A stretch of 63,727 nt of DNA, filler included, from Collodictyon triciliatum (Eukaryota), in NCBI GenBank assembly GCA_043381765.1. It is 4 parts of 4 records of this genome, joined end to end, with 100 filler letters (N's around TTAATTAATTAA, not from the genome) between each part and the next. Parts side by side here need not be neighbours in the genome. Positions count along the whole stretch, not along the records: positions 22,926 to 39,697 come from JBHJMP010001136.1; positions 39,798 to 62,579 come from JBHJMP010001137.1; 2 more parts are not named here. One strand, 5' to 3'. Under the pieces are notes generated by a model that saw nothing but the letters and a program-made list of their open reading frames with translations, did not search any database and had not been told where the DNA came from. Below, in pieces: positions 29,645 through 43,206 of this stretch. The first letter of the stretch is position 1, and every line of letters begins with the position of its first letter. A program made the translations under genes and the position numbers.

Positions 29645-30947
29645 TTAGGGGATGTCGGACGCAGATACTTCAGTCGATGAAAAGGATGTACCACCAACAT
29701 CAATGAGACTTGCTCGCCTTGCCTCTGGATTCTCGCGGCGGTGTAGAAAAGCTATTCGGGCATCACGTTGGGATGTGCGGCTCAAGTATATTCCAGCCGA
29801 ACAAGTGGCAGCTATGATAACCATGTCAGACGTGTATCTGAAATACACATTCCCCAGAATTCCCATCGCAACCGTACCCAGGAAGAAAGCGGTGTATATG
29901 ACTGAAACAAAACGTAAAGGAAGGCAAAGGGATGTACTAGTGACGTCTAGAAGGCGCCACATAAATACAAAATAGAGGTCTGTCTGCGAATAAGAGAGCC
30001 TCAGAATCACAAAAAATTCTCCAATCAAGTTTGCAATAACGGCCAGTGTGGTGATGTAAGGTCGATAGTTCTTTAACCGAGAGAAGAATAATGCTGCCGT
30101 GGCGCACACCCATATTGGTAATGCTACATAGCTACGGATTGTAAATGCTGTGGATTGTGCTGCCTGTTATGAATCAATCCAGCAATATGTTTATTGGTTT
30201 TAGTATTCATACATTAATAGTTTTTTATGTAACCCTCAAACTCTAACGGTATGTTGAAAGGGAATTATCGTATCTCTCAATGTAACACTCACGTCTTTAA
30301 CTTGAGAGTCGGGGAGATAAAGAAGGACGTTCGTCAGAATTAGGAAAAAGTGTGTAATTCGAATGAATATTTTTGACCTGGTAAATGCCATGATAAAGAC
30401 AGAGAAAGAGAGAGAGAGAGAAAAAAAAAGAGAGTCGGTTGGTATCGCTGCTACTATTACTGTGGTGATTGCGGATATGGTTCTGTAGGTTGACATGGTT
30501 CATATTACGCAAATCAGCTTGCCTGTGTGAGATGAAATCTAGGTACTCTTCTTCTGTTCCAGCATCCTTGAATCTCATGTATTTGTATGATTCATAGAGC
30601 TTCTGTCGAGCTTCCTTGTCCTTGCGCACGACATCCATTGTAGATGTGGCCTCAATTCTGCCATTCTCTATGAGGTTGAAAAATTAAAGTTGATTCAGTA
30701 TATGTAATGTTCTACCAGAAAAAAAAAGGGGGTCATAATTACTTTGATGTAGATGCAATCAAGCTTACTATATTCATCAGCAATCATGGAACGGAGTTGC
30801 ATCCTTCGGTATATAGCTGACGTATAACAGAGGAAAACACCGCAGGTAGAGCTTGAAATCAAGGACCCAAGTTCCATGTATGCATTTGACCCTCCGGTAT
30901 GAATAATGGTGGATATGGAGAAGCTGCACACACACACACAAAAAAAN

Positions 30948-31031
<84 letters not shown>

Positions 31032-31959
31032 AACCAGTTAGCGTTTTGGCTCTGTTCGACGTTCCTTTTGGTTAATTAATGGTTCGTTTCTTTTCCGTAA
31101 CAAAAAAAAACAATTGGTTCGTAGATACTTACAAAATAAATGTTATGGTACTGCATATAATTGCATGAGGAAATGTTGCTCTACATAAAGCTGGAGCACA
31201 CCAGTTTATCAGAATCAAGGTAGTTGGAGATTCGTCCCAATTTCCCATCAAATACCTGAGAATTACGATGGTTGTCTGAACAAAGAATAAACAAAATGTC
31301 GACAAGTAGTCCATGTTTTTTCCAGCCTGGTGGGAAGTTGCGCGTTTGACAGCAGGTAAATTCATCACGCGACGAGATGTATCAGCAGCATCTTGTGAGG
31401 GATTTTGTCCATGCCCATGAAGATTGAGTCTATCCAAATCCTTCAGCTGTTTATTCTCGCGATGAAGCCAAAAAATTAGTACTCCCACCACGCACAATTG
31501 AAAGAAGCGAAAGGCTTGCGCAGGAATATTCAAAATGGTAAGAATTTCCACTCCGGCATATACAAGGATGCTCACAAAAAACAGCCAGTTACTAAGAAGC
31601 AAGTGCTCAACACGGTCACGGTAAATGTAGGTACCGAAGAGCTGTTCCGTGGACTCATGAGTGAATCGGCCCCATGTGCGGGTGATGCGCAAGCGGGTCA
31701 ATAGCTCATCATCCATGTATGGATCTTCACGACCGCCCAGCTGCGACAGAGCTATCCAAGCCTGCATGGTACGCGCTATGGACGGTCGAGACACAAAAGA
31801 CTTGCGTCCTGTAGCTGAATGTGGGCTTAGACTCTGTCGTGACCCTGGAGCTTCTGCCCTCACAGAGCTTTCGCTATTAGCCTTTGGGACCGAAAGGCGC
31901 GGCGCTCCGTTTATCTCCACAACCATGGTTCCTGTGGATGGAGGCTTCAGAGCGTCCAT
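29645..31959 (-). CDS. 12-TM (2x6) membrane protein resembling adenylyl/guanylyl cyclase membrane anchors, no catalytic domain
   Basis: Each half starts with an F-x(4,5)-E-x2-(F/Y) motif (RFTHESTEQLFGTY; RFKDAGTEEEYLDF) and ends with an Arg-rich amphipathic helix (YRRMQLRSM; SQRDARIAFLHRR). An extra 5' exon in or beyond the gap is possible. Confidence 0.65.
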
Positions 31960-32059
31960 GTCTGCAGTGCTGGCTTCTGTTGGCCTAGTAGGATTCTTTC
32001 CCCAAGGATTGCCTTTGTTTTTGTTCTTTTTAGAAAAAAAATGGTTTCCGTTTGCTCTC

Positions 32060-32761
32060 TTTGTCTTTGTCTTTGTCTTTGTCTTTGTCTTTGTCTTTGT
32101 CTTTGTCTTNNNNNNNNNNNNNNNNNNNNNNNNNNNNNNNNNNNNNNNNNNNNNNNNNNNNNNNNNNNNNNNNNNNNNNNNNNNNNNNNNNNNNNNNNNN
32201 NNNNNNNNNNNNNNNNNNNNNNNNNNNNNNNNNNNNNNNNNNNNNNNNNNNNNNNNNNNNNNNNNNNNNNNNNNNNNNNNNNNNNNNNNNNNNNNNNNNN
32301 NNNNNNNNNNNNNNNNNNNNNNNNNNNNNNNNNNNNNNNNNNNNNNNNNNNNNNNNNNNNNNNNNNNNNNNNNNNNNNNNNNNNNNNNNNNNNNNNNNNN
32401 NNNNNNNNNNNNNNNNNNNNNNNNNNNNNNNNNNNNNNNNNNNNNNNNNNNNNNNNNNNNNNNNNNNNNNNNNNNNNNNNNNNNNNNNNNNNNNNNNNNN
32501 NNNNNNNNNNNNNNNNNNNNNNNNNNNNNNNNNNNNNNNNNNNNNNNNNNNNNNNNNNNNNNNNNNNNNNNNNNNNNNNNNNNNNNNNNNNNNNNNNNNN
32601 NNNNNNNNNNNNNNNNNNNNNNNNNNNNNNNNNNNNNNNNNNNNNNNNNNNNNNNNNNNNNNNNNNNNNNNNNNNNNNNNNNNNNNNNNNNNNNNNNNNN
32701 NNNNNNNNNNNNNNNNNNNNNNNNNNNNNNNNNNNNNNNNNNNNNNNNNNNNNNNNNNNNN
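32060..32761. repeat. (TGTCTT)n microsatellite running into assembly gap 32110-32761
   Basis: Directly visible. Confidence 0.9.
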
Positions 32762-32966
32762 CCTCTGACTGCTTGTATTCTTTGAATGGTATTATGGGAG
32801 CAGGATGTCCTCATCCTATTTTTGTACGTTCGACGTCGTTGTCGCTTATTTTGTCGTTAAGTCTGCTACGATGCATAGCGAGGCTTTAGTTCGCATAAGT
32901 AATCAACGCTATGTCGCTATTACTGGGTGAGGGTGTGCTCTCCTGGCCGTAAAGATATCGATTCTA

Positions 32967-33041
32967 ATACATACATACATACATACATACATACATACAT
33001 ACATACATACATACATACATACATACATACATACATACATA
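32967..33041. repeat. (TACA)n microsatellite
   Basis: Directly visible. Confidence 0.95.
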
Positions 33042-33095
33042 ACACTCATTAATGGCGCATTATCTTTCGATCCATTTATTCTAAAACGCGTGTCC

Positions 33096-36000
33096 TTAGA
33101 ATATTTCGACGTTGATAATTTTCACATCTTGCACGGGCTTGTCGGTTTTGTCAGTCTTTACTTTTTCAATCGCCTGGACAGTCTCCATTCCTTTGGTGAC
33201 TCGCCCAAAGACAGTGTGTTTTTTATCGAGCCACGGTGTCGGTGCCTTTGAAGACCAGAAATGCAAAAATAATCGGTATAACGTTTAAGGAAGCTATATC
33301 AACTTGGAATATTCAGAACGTTACCGTGGTTATGAAGAATTGAGAGCCGTTGGTATTCGGTCCTGCGTTGGCCATAGATACGGCTAAAATATGGCAATAT
33401 CTTCAATAAGCATCAAAATGATACCCCATGGTAGACATGAGCTACTCGTGCGATTCGCTTGTAGAAATGAAATAAATAAAAAGTACTGTAAGGTCTATCA
33501 TGTCGAAGATTTTGGTGAATTTCATCCTCAAACTCCCCGCCCCATATCGATTCGCCTCCGGTACCATCACCTTAAAAAAATGTTAATAAGATAGACGAAA
33601 TAAAATCATATGATAAAGGTGATGGATATATCATGGTGTACATAAGGAACCATCATAAAATCGGAATATAAGGTTTGGGCTTAATATAACATCATTTCGT
33701 ATCTAGTCTTTCTGCTGTTTTTTTTTTTTTCCTTTAATTTTTTTGTTGAAGAAAAGAAAAAGAAAAACCTGTCGGGTCTCCTGTTTGAACCATGAAGCCT
33801 TTGATTACACGGTGGAATATGATGCCGTTATAGTAACCATTTCTTGAGTGCGTCACAAAGTTCTCGATTGTTTTTGGGCATCTGTGGAAAGATAATTGAT
33901 TCTTCGTATCAGAGGAGCTATTGCGTTCTCATTTTCCAATTTTGAATTTTTTTTTACAAGACTTACTCCTCATGAAACAGTTTGATGCTAATATCACCCA
34001 TGGTAGTGTGAATCAAAGCCATTTTTCCAGCCTAACCGAAAGAGCAGAAATTTTCGTTTTCAATCACGTTAAAAAGAACAAGAAGGGAGACACCATCAAC
34101 TTTTACACATGTAATAAACCTGATACACAGGCGTTTTTGCAGTAAGGGTTTGCTCCTCTTTCTTAGGTTTTTCATTGAAGACGTCTCGGCTTGTGTATTC
34201 GCTATATTATCGACATTCAGAAACAGCACCTCCTCTGTTACTATAATGAAAAAAAATTTGAAAAAAAAAAAAGGCAAAATTCGGCGCACTCACTCTTCCG
34301 TCTCTCTGGGCTCTCTTCTTGTGAACATGTAAAAACGCTCCTTCTTGTACGCGATGCAAAACAACGTGGGATCATCATATTCAGATTGATTCGTGAAGCC
34401 ACTGCCGATGAGCGTTTGCTTAGCTTTTCCTGGGTATGTAAAAAATAATTAATTCCTAACAAATCAACAATACAACTTCAACAAAAAAAAATTAAAAATA
34501 AAATAAACATCGCAAAAATGATAGAAGAATAACAATGCTTAATTTTTAATTCTTATATAATTAAAATAACCCTGGAAAAGCGAGATAGTAAGAAATCGGG
34601 TAGTGTGCTCAACATGGCCCAAAATGCGGAAGAGTTTATTTGTAACCAGATTGATAACTACGAGATAAATGAAATCATCCAACAACACATCATTTAACAT
34701 ACTAGCTAGTTCATAGTACGAAAAACATAGAGAACTCAATGATTTTCAATTTCTTTCGTTATCTCAGTCTAAAAAATAAATAATACTCTTAATTCCCAAT
34801 AGTGTCGCGTATAGAACAAAATTTCCAGACTCATCGAAGACCACATTGCAGGGCGCAGCATCAGCAGCTTTACTAATTTCTCGGTCAACTTCGTGGTGCA
34901 AAGGGATTTAGTATGAAAAGATTAGTCTTCCATAAAACTAATTGTTCTAATATTCAACTCTGAGATGTAATTATACTGTTTTTGAAGACATGAATTTGTG
35001 TAGGAACCTGCCAATCTTCGACCAAAGTCGATGGGGTCTAGTCTGTACTGGCTATTTTCCTCACCGCCCTTTCAAGCGCGGATATCGTTTTTATTGAAAT
35101 AAAAGTGTTGCATTTTTTGTTTGTTTTTTTGTTCTTTTGCTTCTTTTTTTTTGGCTTTATTTGTTTGTTTATTTTGAAAAAAAAAAAGTCACATCTAGAT
35201 TCATTTTAAATTTACCTTTTGGAACTCTTCTATGACATTAAATGACTCGTCGTACTCTCTGTACAGTTTTCCTGGTTCACAAAAATGAAATGGTTTCAGT
35301 GAGATATGTCTACAAAGAAAAAAATTTTGAAATAAACGAATAGGTGGCCCCTCGAGTAGGCATTTGTGATAAATTTTCCTATCGTTTGTAAAGCAGCTAT
35401 ACTTTCAGGCAAATAAAAACCTGTCAAAAAACGAAAGATGCGAATATGTTTGTCCTTCCCCATGGTGGAAAATAGTACACCATCTCGTGAAAATTCCAGG
35501 GAAGTCGGTAATGTTTTTTTCTATCGCCATTTATTTGCATTCGAATTACCACAGGGGAAAAAAGCATTCCGAATGAATATATCTATGGATGTTCTTATCA
35601 TCATGAGAATGACTTGAGCAAGTAAGTATACCTTGGCAAAGTCATAAAGGTTCGTTTCTGATTTGTACTTGTAAGCGACGCATGAGGGTAGCTCCAAAGT
35701 ATCAGGATCCCAATATTCCAGAACACCTGATAGATTTGTGTCAGCAACAGAATGGTGTGGTAAGTTTGTATCATTGCAGATATGGGACTAAATCTACGAT
35801 TTATACCAGATTTATCAGACGATATTACTGCGTGGAAAACGGGATTGTACTAAATGATGAAAGTATGATAGTCAAATAGGGTCGTTTACAACTAGATTAC
35901 ATTTGATTGGCTAGTTGTTAAGATCGTACTTTCATCAAAAGAATAGGGTTTTTGTGGATTTCAATAGTCCGTGTGGAATCGTTGGGACCTTGAGAATTGA

Positions 36001-37335
36001 AAACATGTATTCTACCGCTCTCCATTTCTGTTCTATTATTTTAGAGTTGTGTTTGAAGAGATACATTAAAGAAGATGATTTTAAAAAGAACCATTAAAAC
36101 TCGCCATATACTGATATTGTTGCTGTCATATGAGATTCTTCAAAATTGTCGAAAAAATTATCGGTTTGAAGACAGAATAACAGGGGAAGTAATTATTGCA
36201 TGAGCGTCTTACATCGCAACATATTGATTGATGTCTCCTGGGGCAGAAATGAATTCACAAAGATTGGGTACGAAGTCCAGCTTAATAATATTCACCATAT
36301 CTAAGAGAAGTGCAGTCGTTCGGTAAATAATCAAAAAATCATGTATCTTTACAATCTAAACATAAATAGAGATGCAAAAATATACATAACATGCTGCATT
36401 TTTTAATTACCAAAGTTTATGACATCGTATATTTTTACTGTCCTATCGAGAGAACATGTAGCCAGCCACAATCCATCACTAGTGACCGACAAGCCAGTAA
36501 TGGTTTCTATAACAGAGATTAAGGTTTATGAAAATCTAAAGATAAATATATAAGATTTTTTTTATTGTAACTGTAATAAATATATCCCCATGTCTGATAA
36601 GATGGTTGCAGATGACTTTCAGGAGACACAAACAAAGGAATGTGACAAACCTAGGTGCGACTTATAGTGCTTCACAAACTCGATTCCTTCTCCCATTTTT
36701 TTCCAAAACTTGAGTTGCCCATCGGCACTGACAGTGATAACAAAGTCCTTGCGTGTGACAACAGCGTGCGTGAGCACATCGCGATGCATGAAAGAGCGTT
36801 CGTACATGGAGGCACTCGGCAGAGCATCTGTGTATAGGGTCTCGTGTTCCAGGACTATTTTTATAATAANNNNNNNNNNNNNNNNNNNNNNNNNNNNNNN
36901 NNNNNNNNNNNNNNNNNNNNNNNNNNNNNNNNNNNNNNNNNNNNNNNNNNNNNNNNNNNNNNNNNNNNNNNNNNNNNNNNNNNNNNNNNNNNNNNNNNNN
37001 NNNNNNNNNNNNNNNNNNNNNNNNNNNNNNNNNNNNNNNNNNNNNNNNNNNNNNNNNNNNNNNNNNNNNNNNNNNNNNNNNNNNNNNNNNNNNNNNNNNN
37101 NNNNNNNNNNNNNNNNNNNNNNNNNNNNNNNNNNNNNNNNNNNNNNNNNNNNNNNNNNNNNNNNNNNNNNNNNNNNNNNNNNNNNNNNNNNNNNNNNNNN
37201 NNNNNNNNNNNNNNNNNNNNNNNNNNNNNNNNNNNNNNNNNNNNNNNNNNNNNNNNNNNNNNNNNNNNNNNNGGTCTCGTGCGGCTTTGTGGGCTGCGTT
37301 TCATCTGCTGCGAGCTTCGATGACTCTGCGTCCAT
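33096..37335 (-). CDS. PPWD1: WD40 + cyclophilin peptidyl-prolyl isomerase (PPWD1/CYP71), multi-exon, spans gap 36870-37272
   Basis: [101 protein letters not shown]. Confidence 0.96.
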
Positions 37336-37982
37336 AAGAGCTGGATTTCTGTTATTTGATGATAGGCTTAGTCTTGCCTCAGCTCTCGTGGGTGCTATGC
37401 TGCCTTTCGCCCAGGGTCTTCACCTTCTTGTCGGATCTTGAGGCTTTTCAGTGGGGCTCGCAGTGATTGGGTTGTGATCTTTTGATTGATCACACGTTCA
37501 AATGATCTAATTATGGAATTTATAATATATCATTCTTATGACGATATATGAAAAACAATGGTTTCTATATATCATATTACTAATTATATATATATATTTT
37601 CATAGATAATATAAACAAATTTTTGTTTCCTTTTTTGTTCGGAATTCCATTCACAGCTGAATGTCACCACCGCCTTGAGCCATATTTGTTTCCTCACTCA
37701 GTTTCTTAATGCCACGGATTCCTATCGCACGTCGCAGCGTTGTCTGGTGGAGCTGACCACTATTTGGATCTTTCAGCCAACGAAAAGAAAAAAAAACTGA
37801 TAAGACTGAAATGACACTTTGCTGGCTCTGCCAAATACAATTGCTGTGTTGGAAGGAAAAAAAAACTGTTGCCGAGCGAGTCAGATCGTTCTCATTCCTC
37901 GGCCAAATATGTTTTTTTTTTTTGTCATACATCCAAAAAAAAAATTCAAATATAAAATAAAATGAACATTTTATGTTGATAG

Positions 37983-39241
37983 ATGCAGAACGGTTTGCAA
38001 AATCGCATCGCCGTCGATGATTTTCGTGTGGTTCCCTTTCGCAGTTGGGATACGACCCTGGTTTGTGCTTGGTTACGAAGCATCGGGGTTTCTGTGGACG
38101 GAGAACAAGCTTTTGCAGAGGCTCAAGTCGAAGGAGGACTTCTTCAGTTCCTAAGCGAGCAAGTTCTCCGTGAAGATCTCCGTGTTTTTAGGCCAGAAGA
38201 TCGTCTCCTAATCCTTCAAAAGCTTAGGGTCATGTTATTACATGATCGCGAAAACCATGACAGTACAGAGAGCCAAACAACATCTTCCAGTGATCTTTCT
38301 GCTGTGGTGTATGGAAGTTCGAGAGAATCCAAGTGGTTCATTGGGCAGCGGGAAGCTCGAATCGCAAAGTAAGTTAGTCGATGAATCGCTCGTTCATAAT
38401 TTGTATAGTTCAGAATTTTTTTCTATCTACAAAAAATTATCGCAGCGTTAGCAGATTGAAATGACAGTTTCCCCTCTTTTTTACAGTCCAGTTACATTAT
38501 GATATTATTAATTCAATTATTAACAGAAAGAGAAAGTGGATTATGCCATGCTTAATTTTTGCTTCATTTTCGATTTTGGGAATCTGTGCGGCAATAATGT
38601 ACTTTGCTGATGCCTTAAATCTTGGAACTTTAGTCACTGCTGTTTTTGTTTGTGTCTTTGTTTTCCTACTTTTTGTCTTCGGCTATATCTATGCTTTGAT
38701 GCGTGATGAAGAGCTAAAAATCGACAGAGATGGCGTAAATTTTTTTGAGTCATATTATGATACAATAATGCATATTACTGCATAGCTGGTTATAAATGAT
38801 TTTGAAAAAAAAAAATTAATAATCGGCAGCGCACTCAAACATAACATGTGAACACAGATAAGAATCCGAGGATACAGTTTGCTGCATCCGATGGTATGGG
38901 CCATCCCGAGAGAGCAAATATCTCACATCACAGCAGAAACGACATCGAAAACTCGGTACACGGTTGCAAGGGGAAAGTACCAACGAGTTCGTGTAGCTGC
39001 ATTTGTTTTCCTTAAGGTTGGCGCCCAAGAAGGAGTACCTTTGTGCTTTCAAAGGACTCATAAACCTCGAATTATGCTAAAACTACCCTACGAAGACGAG
39101 ACGTATGTGGTTGAAGCGTGCCAAAAGATCGCCTTTCTGTTGTCAGTCCCGTATCAATGCAAAACATCTGCACCCACATCACCTCTTCTGAGTAACACTG
39201 CCATAAGTCCTTACTCGAACGATGCTTATTCTAACATTTGA
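37983..39241 (+). CDS. SAM domain + two TM helices + putative PH-like beta domain (3 exons)
   Basis: SWDTTLVCAWLRSIGV...FAEAQVEGGLLQFLSEQVLREDLRV...RLLILQKL fits the SAM pattern. In-frame splices AA|GTAAGT..CAG|A and GGC|GTAAAT..CAG|ATA; hydrophobic hairpin, then ELKIDRDGIRI..WAIPREQISHI. Confidence 0.75.
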
Positions 39242-39375
39242 CCGTGCTGACAAGAGATTTGGACTTTATCATCACGAAACAGTATCCCACCCAATCAATC
39301 AATAATCTATACTAAAAAAGAACGAATAAACTATAAAATTTATCGGCTGCTGAAGTACATGGGACGGTCTGGCTG

Positions 39376-39440
<65 letters not shown>

Positions 39441-39741
39441 TTTTTTTTTTTTGATAAATATCGGAGCTGATACAAAGCGGGGCAATGAAGCTCTTTGTCA
39501 ACATACGCTCTACGATGAAGTATAATATTTGATACTTATTTGGTATACTAGAAGGAGTATACCATCTTTCGATTGTTTAACCTGGTGCGCTAGTATCCAA
39601 GGTCTCGCCACTTTTTTCACAAAGGGTCGTGTAGTGGTGCAGCCTGCCAGGAAAGACCCAACAGCCTATTTTTTAGAGGAAGTGTATGCATATTTTGNNN
39701 NNNNNNNNNNNNNNNNNNNNNNNNNNNNNNNNNNNNNNNNN

Positions 39742-39753
39742 TTAATTAATTAA
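39742..39753. other. artificial scaffold spacer TTAATTAATTAA
   Basis: Centred in an N run. Confidence 0.95.
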
Positions 39754-39949
39754 NNNNNNNNNNNNNNNNNNNNNNNNNNNNNNNNNNNNNNNNNNNNTTA
39801 TGATTTTTCGTCGACATCAACGGCATATTTTGTCTCTTTCTTGAACGTCCTATTTATATGTTTAACTATATCTATTTATCTATTCTTTTGATTTTTATTA
39901 ATCAGGAATTTGAAGCGTTCCTATGCTGAAAATTTTGTTGTTGTTTGAC

Positions 39950-41936
39950 TGATTATACATATTATTATGCGAAATATGCTGCTACAGCGGCGCCAACCCA
40001 AATATACCGAATAATGAAAAGAACCTTCCAATCCACATGGCTGCTCGCACAGGGGATTATTCCTGCCTGGAAGTCCTTATCCAAGGAAACACAGATGTAC
40101 GAAGTCTTTTTTTTTATTTTAATTTTATGTGAACCTCGATAGTTAGCATATGCACAATTTTTTTTATTTCGGTGCATTGTTAGCTGGAAGCTTTAAATGG
40201 ATCGAAACAGACTGCGCTTCAAATTGCTGAGAAGTTTAAGTTTGATCAATGTATACTTTTATTGAGAAACCCGCCTCCAGTTAAAAAGGTAACCCTTAAG
40301 GGCGTATTATAAATTAACTTGTTGCGCACTTTGCTTTCATGTTCAATTATAAACACCAGACTTTATCTCCAGGTCTTCTTTCCCTATCTATGTATGAAAA
40401 CATTCGGTTCGTACTAAAAATTTTAAAAATTTTTTATTATCCGCGAACATTATGGGATTAGATTGAGTTGGAGACATCGTATGCACTTCCGCCATCGTCT
40501 CCTCGTGAACAGACATCCTTTACAGCCTTCATGAATAGTGGTAATTGCATGGCTGCTGAACTAAACATGACATTACAAAAATTAAATAAATAAATGATTC
40601 AATGTATTTCGCATAATGCATTCAAATATTCCATGTTAGCCTATGATACATGTCCTGGCTCAAAATTATGAAGCGAATAAAAATACTACAAATTGTGTGT
40701 AATACAATAGATAGCATGAAATAGACCATTGGTACAATACCTGACTTTGGTTACGACCGATACCCAACCAATCAACCTTTCATAATTACGTTAGGGAACA
40801 GCTCAGAGACAGAGAGGACAAATCAATCGATAGTTCCAGTTCAATCCCATGACCAGAGACGGGCCACAGTTACATCGACAGACTCTGATGCCAGTCAAAA
40901 CGTCCCTGCATCGCCGAGAAGAACGTCCAACTTGTTGCCATCATTTTCCCGCCGCTCTTCGCAGGCAAAATCTGATGCCCAGGACGACCCGAACAGACTG
41001 TCCCGAGCCGGCTCCAGAACAACTAGACACATAGAAAATTTTGCTTCGAAGTTGAATACTTGGCAGGAGCTTGTTTCGTTTATTATGTCGTATGTAGTTT
41101 TGGTTTTGAAAATAAAAAAAAGTCATTTTTGGGTCAATTTTATGTAGGTTACAAATTGTCACTCTTAATGACTATTCTCTATCTATACGATGGCATCTTG
41201 TTAATTTTGTTATAAAAATTCAATCATTAATTTTTCCTAATAGCCCCATCAGCAGCGGGAGTGAATGCACGTGCATCATCGAGAGAGAGCCTGGACTCAC
41301 TGATATGTATTCTCTTCTGTTGAAGCAAAATGCTTCATCACCGAAAAACCTTTTGCTCCATGCTTACAAGAGGAAGAAAAGGTATGAATCTCATAATTTT
41401 GGGATACTGTTCAAGTTAGTACAATATAATTTACACAGACTTACTGCTTATACTATTTTAAGGGGTTTTTTTTTCATTAAAATAATCTAAAGCGCATCAC
41501 CAAATTATCCGATCGGATTGACAAAGCGTGATGTTACTGAGAGAAATACTCCAGGGTATCTTGGAAAGATTAGGTTAGGAATTGTATTCTTTTTCGAACC
41601 CAGAGATTATTTTTTTTCCCGAGGGCGTAGCTATCTCCACCCAAAAAAAAAAACGTCGTTCATTAGAATATATAAATTTTATTGAAATTGAAATTGATAT
41701 TGCTTTCAGAGGGAATACACTTCGTGAGGAATATATCGCATACAACTCCGGATTGAATCCAGACCGTAGAGTGACGATTGGTAGATTGGCTGTCCGAGCT
41801 GAATTGGCCATTTTGCGCATCGTAAGCACTTTTTTCAAAAGAGAAAAAAAAAACTATAATACTTTCTTTCAATCCCACTTTCATTAAGTTTTGCTTTGCC
41901 ACATTACCTCTTCTTTTCCTCCGATGCTGCATATGA
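39950..41936 (+). CDS. 3' part of an ankyrin-repeat protein (5' end beyond scaffold edge)
   Basis: GANPNIPNNEKNLPIHMAARTGDYSCLEVLIQGNTD-LEALNGSKQTALQIAEKFKFDQCILLL, then low-complexity exons. Tentative end ...LAILRI-FCFATLPLLFLRCCI*. Confidence 0.6.
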
Positions 41937-42951
41937 AGAATAAAGATGGTATAATTGAAATTGAAATATCACTGCGTATTTAGGTCGGAAAAAATCCACG
42001 TCAAGTAGAAGTAAGAATGAATGTGTAAATGCTATTTGAAAATTAACCTTTTCTATTTATCTTGAATGATTCCAATATTGCATTTTATTTTACCGATTTC
42101 ATCAAGTAGCAAGCCCATCATTCTACCACTTATAATGTATTTTGCATTCGAGCAAACTTGAACGAAAGCAGAAATAATGATTCTTGTTTTCTTCCTCATT
42201 CAACCTATAATAAATTCAGATTACTAAAGCTATCATAAGTAAAAGAAACATCATTTTAAGCAACTATTTCATTTGGCAAATCNNNNNNNNNNNNNNNNNN
42301 NNNNNNNNNNNNNNNNNNNNNNNNNNNNNNNNNNNNNNNNNNNNNNNNNNNNNNNNNNNNNNNNNNNNNNNNNNNNNNNNNNNNNNNNNNNNNNNNNNNN
42401 NNNNNNNNNNNNNNNNNNNNNNNNNNNNNNNNNNNNNNNNNNNNNNNNNNNNNNNNNNNNNNNNNNNNNNNNNNNNNNNNNNNNNNNNNNNNNNNNNNNN
42501 NNNNNNNNNNNNNNNNNNNNNNNNNNNNNNNNNNNNNNNNNNNNNNNNNNNNNNNNNNNNNNNNNNNNNNNNNNNNNNNNNNNNNNNNNNNNNNNNNNNN
42601 NNNNNNNNNNNNNNNNNNNNNNNNNNNNNNNNNNNNNNNNNNNNNNNNNNNNNNNNNNNNNNNNNNNNNNNNNNNNNNNNNNNNNNNNNNNNNNNNNNNN
42701 NNNNNNNNNNNNNNNNNNNNNNNNNNNNNNNNNNNNNNNNNNNNNNNNNNNNNNNNNNNNNTCCAAATCCCACTTTAAGTTCTTTTTCTTCTCGTAATTG
42801 CTACCCGCTCATCGTGGGCTGGGTGTGGATAACTTGGAGCCTTGACTCTGAATACGATAATACCTCTTCTTATTCTTATCACTCTTTTTACATTTACATG
42901 TTTTTATTATCACCGCTTCATATCTCCTTTTTTTTTCTTCTATTTTTGAAG

Positions 42952-43206
42952 GTAATCTCCACGTTTTCGAGCTGGGCAAATTCCAAGAGCACTGCTTCTA
43001 CCTGACCTTCCAGTACCCCTTCTCTCCCTTTCAGGTGATGCACTCAGAAAATAACAAAAAGATTACAAGATAAGATGAAAAGAAAAGAAAAGAAAAGAAA
43101 AAAAAGGACAAAGTGAACTCCATCTAACGGAAAGACTGATGCCGTCCATAAACTCCGGTGCTCAAAGGCCTTTGCTCTTGCTTTGGGAATCTTCGACTGC
43201 ACGTGA
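42952..43206 (+). CDS. last two exons of a Tubby-domain protein (upstream part presumably in gap 42283-42761)
   Basis: Exons 42952-43034 and 43168-43206 splice to VFELGKFQEHCFYLTFQYPFSPFQ-AFALALGIFDCT*, matching the Tubby C-terminus (QFG+...F.MD..YP....QAFAIALSSFD). Confidence 0.7.

Noticed and set aside
37651-37932. 93-aa minus-strand ORF between PPWD1 and the SAM gene
   Set aside because: No recognisable motif and it includes homopolymer tracts; could be UTR of either flanking gene.
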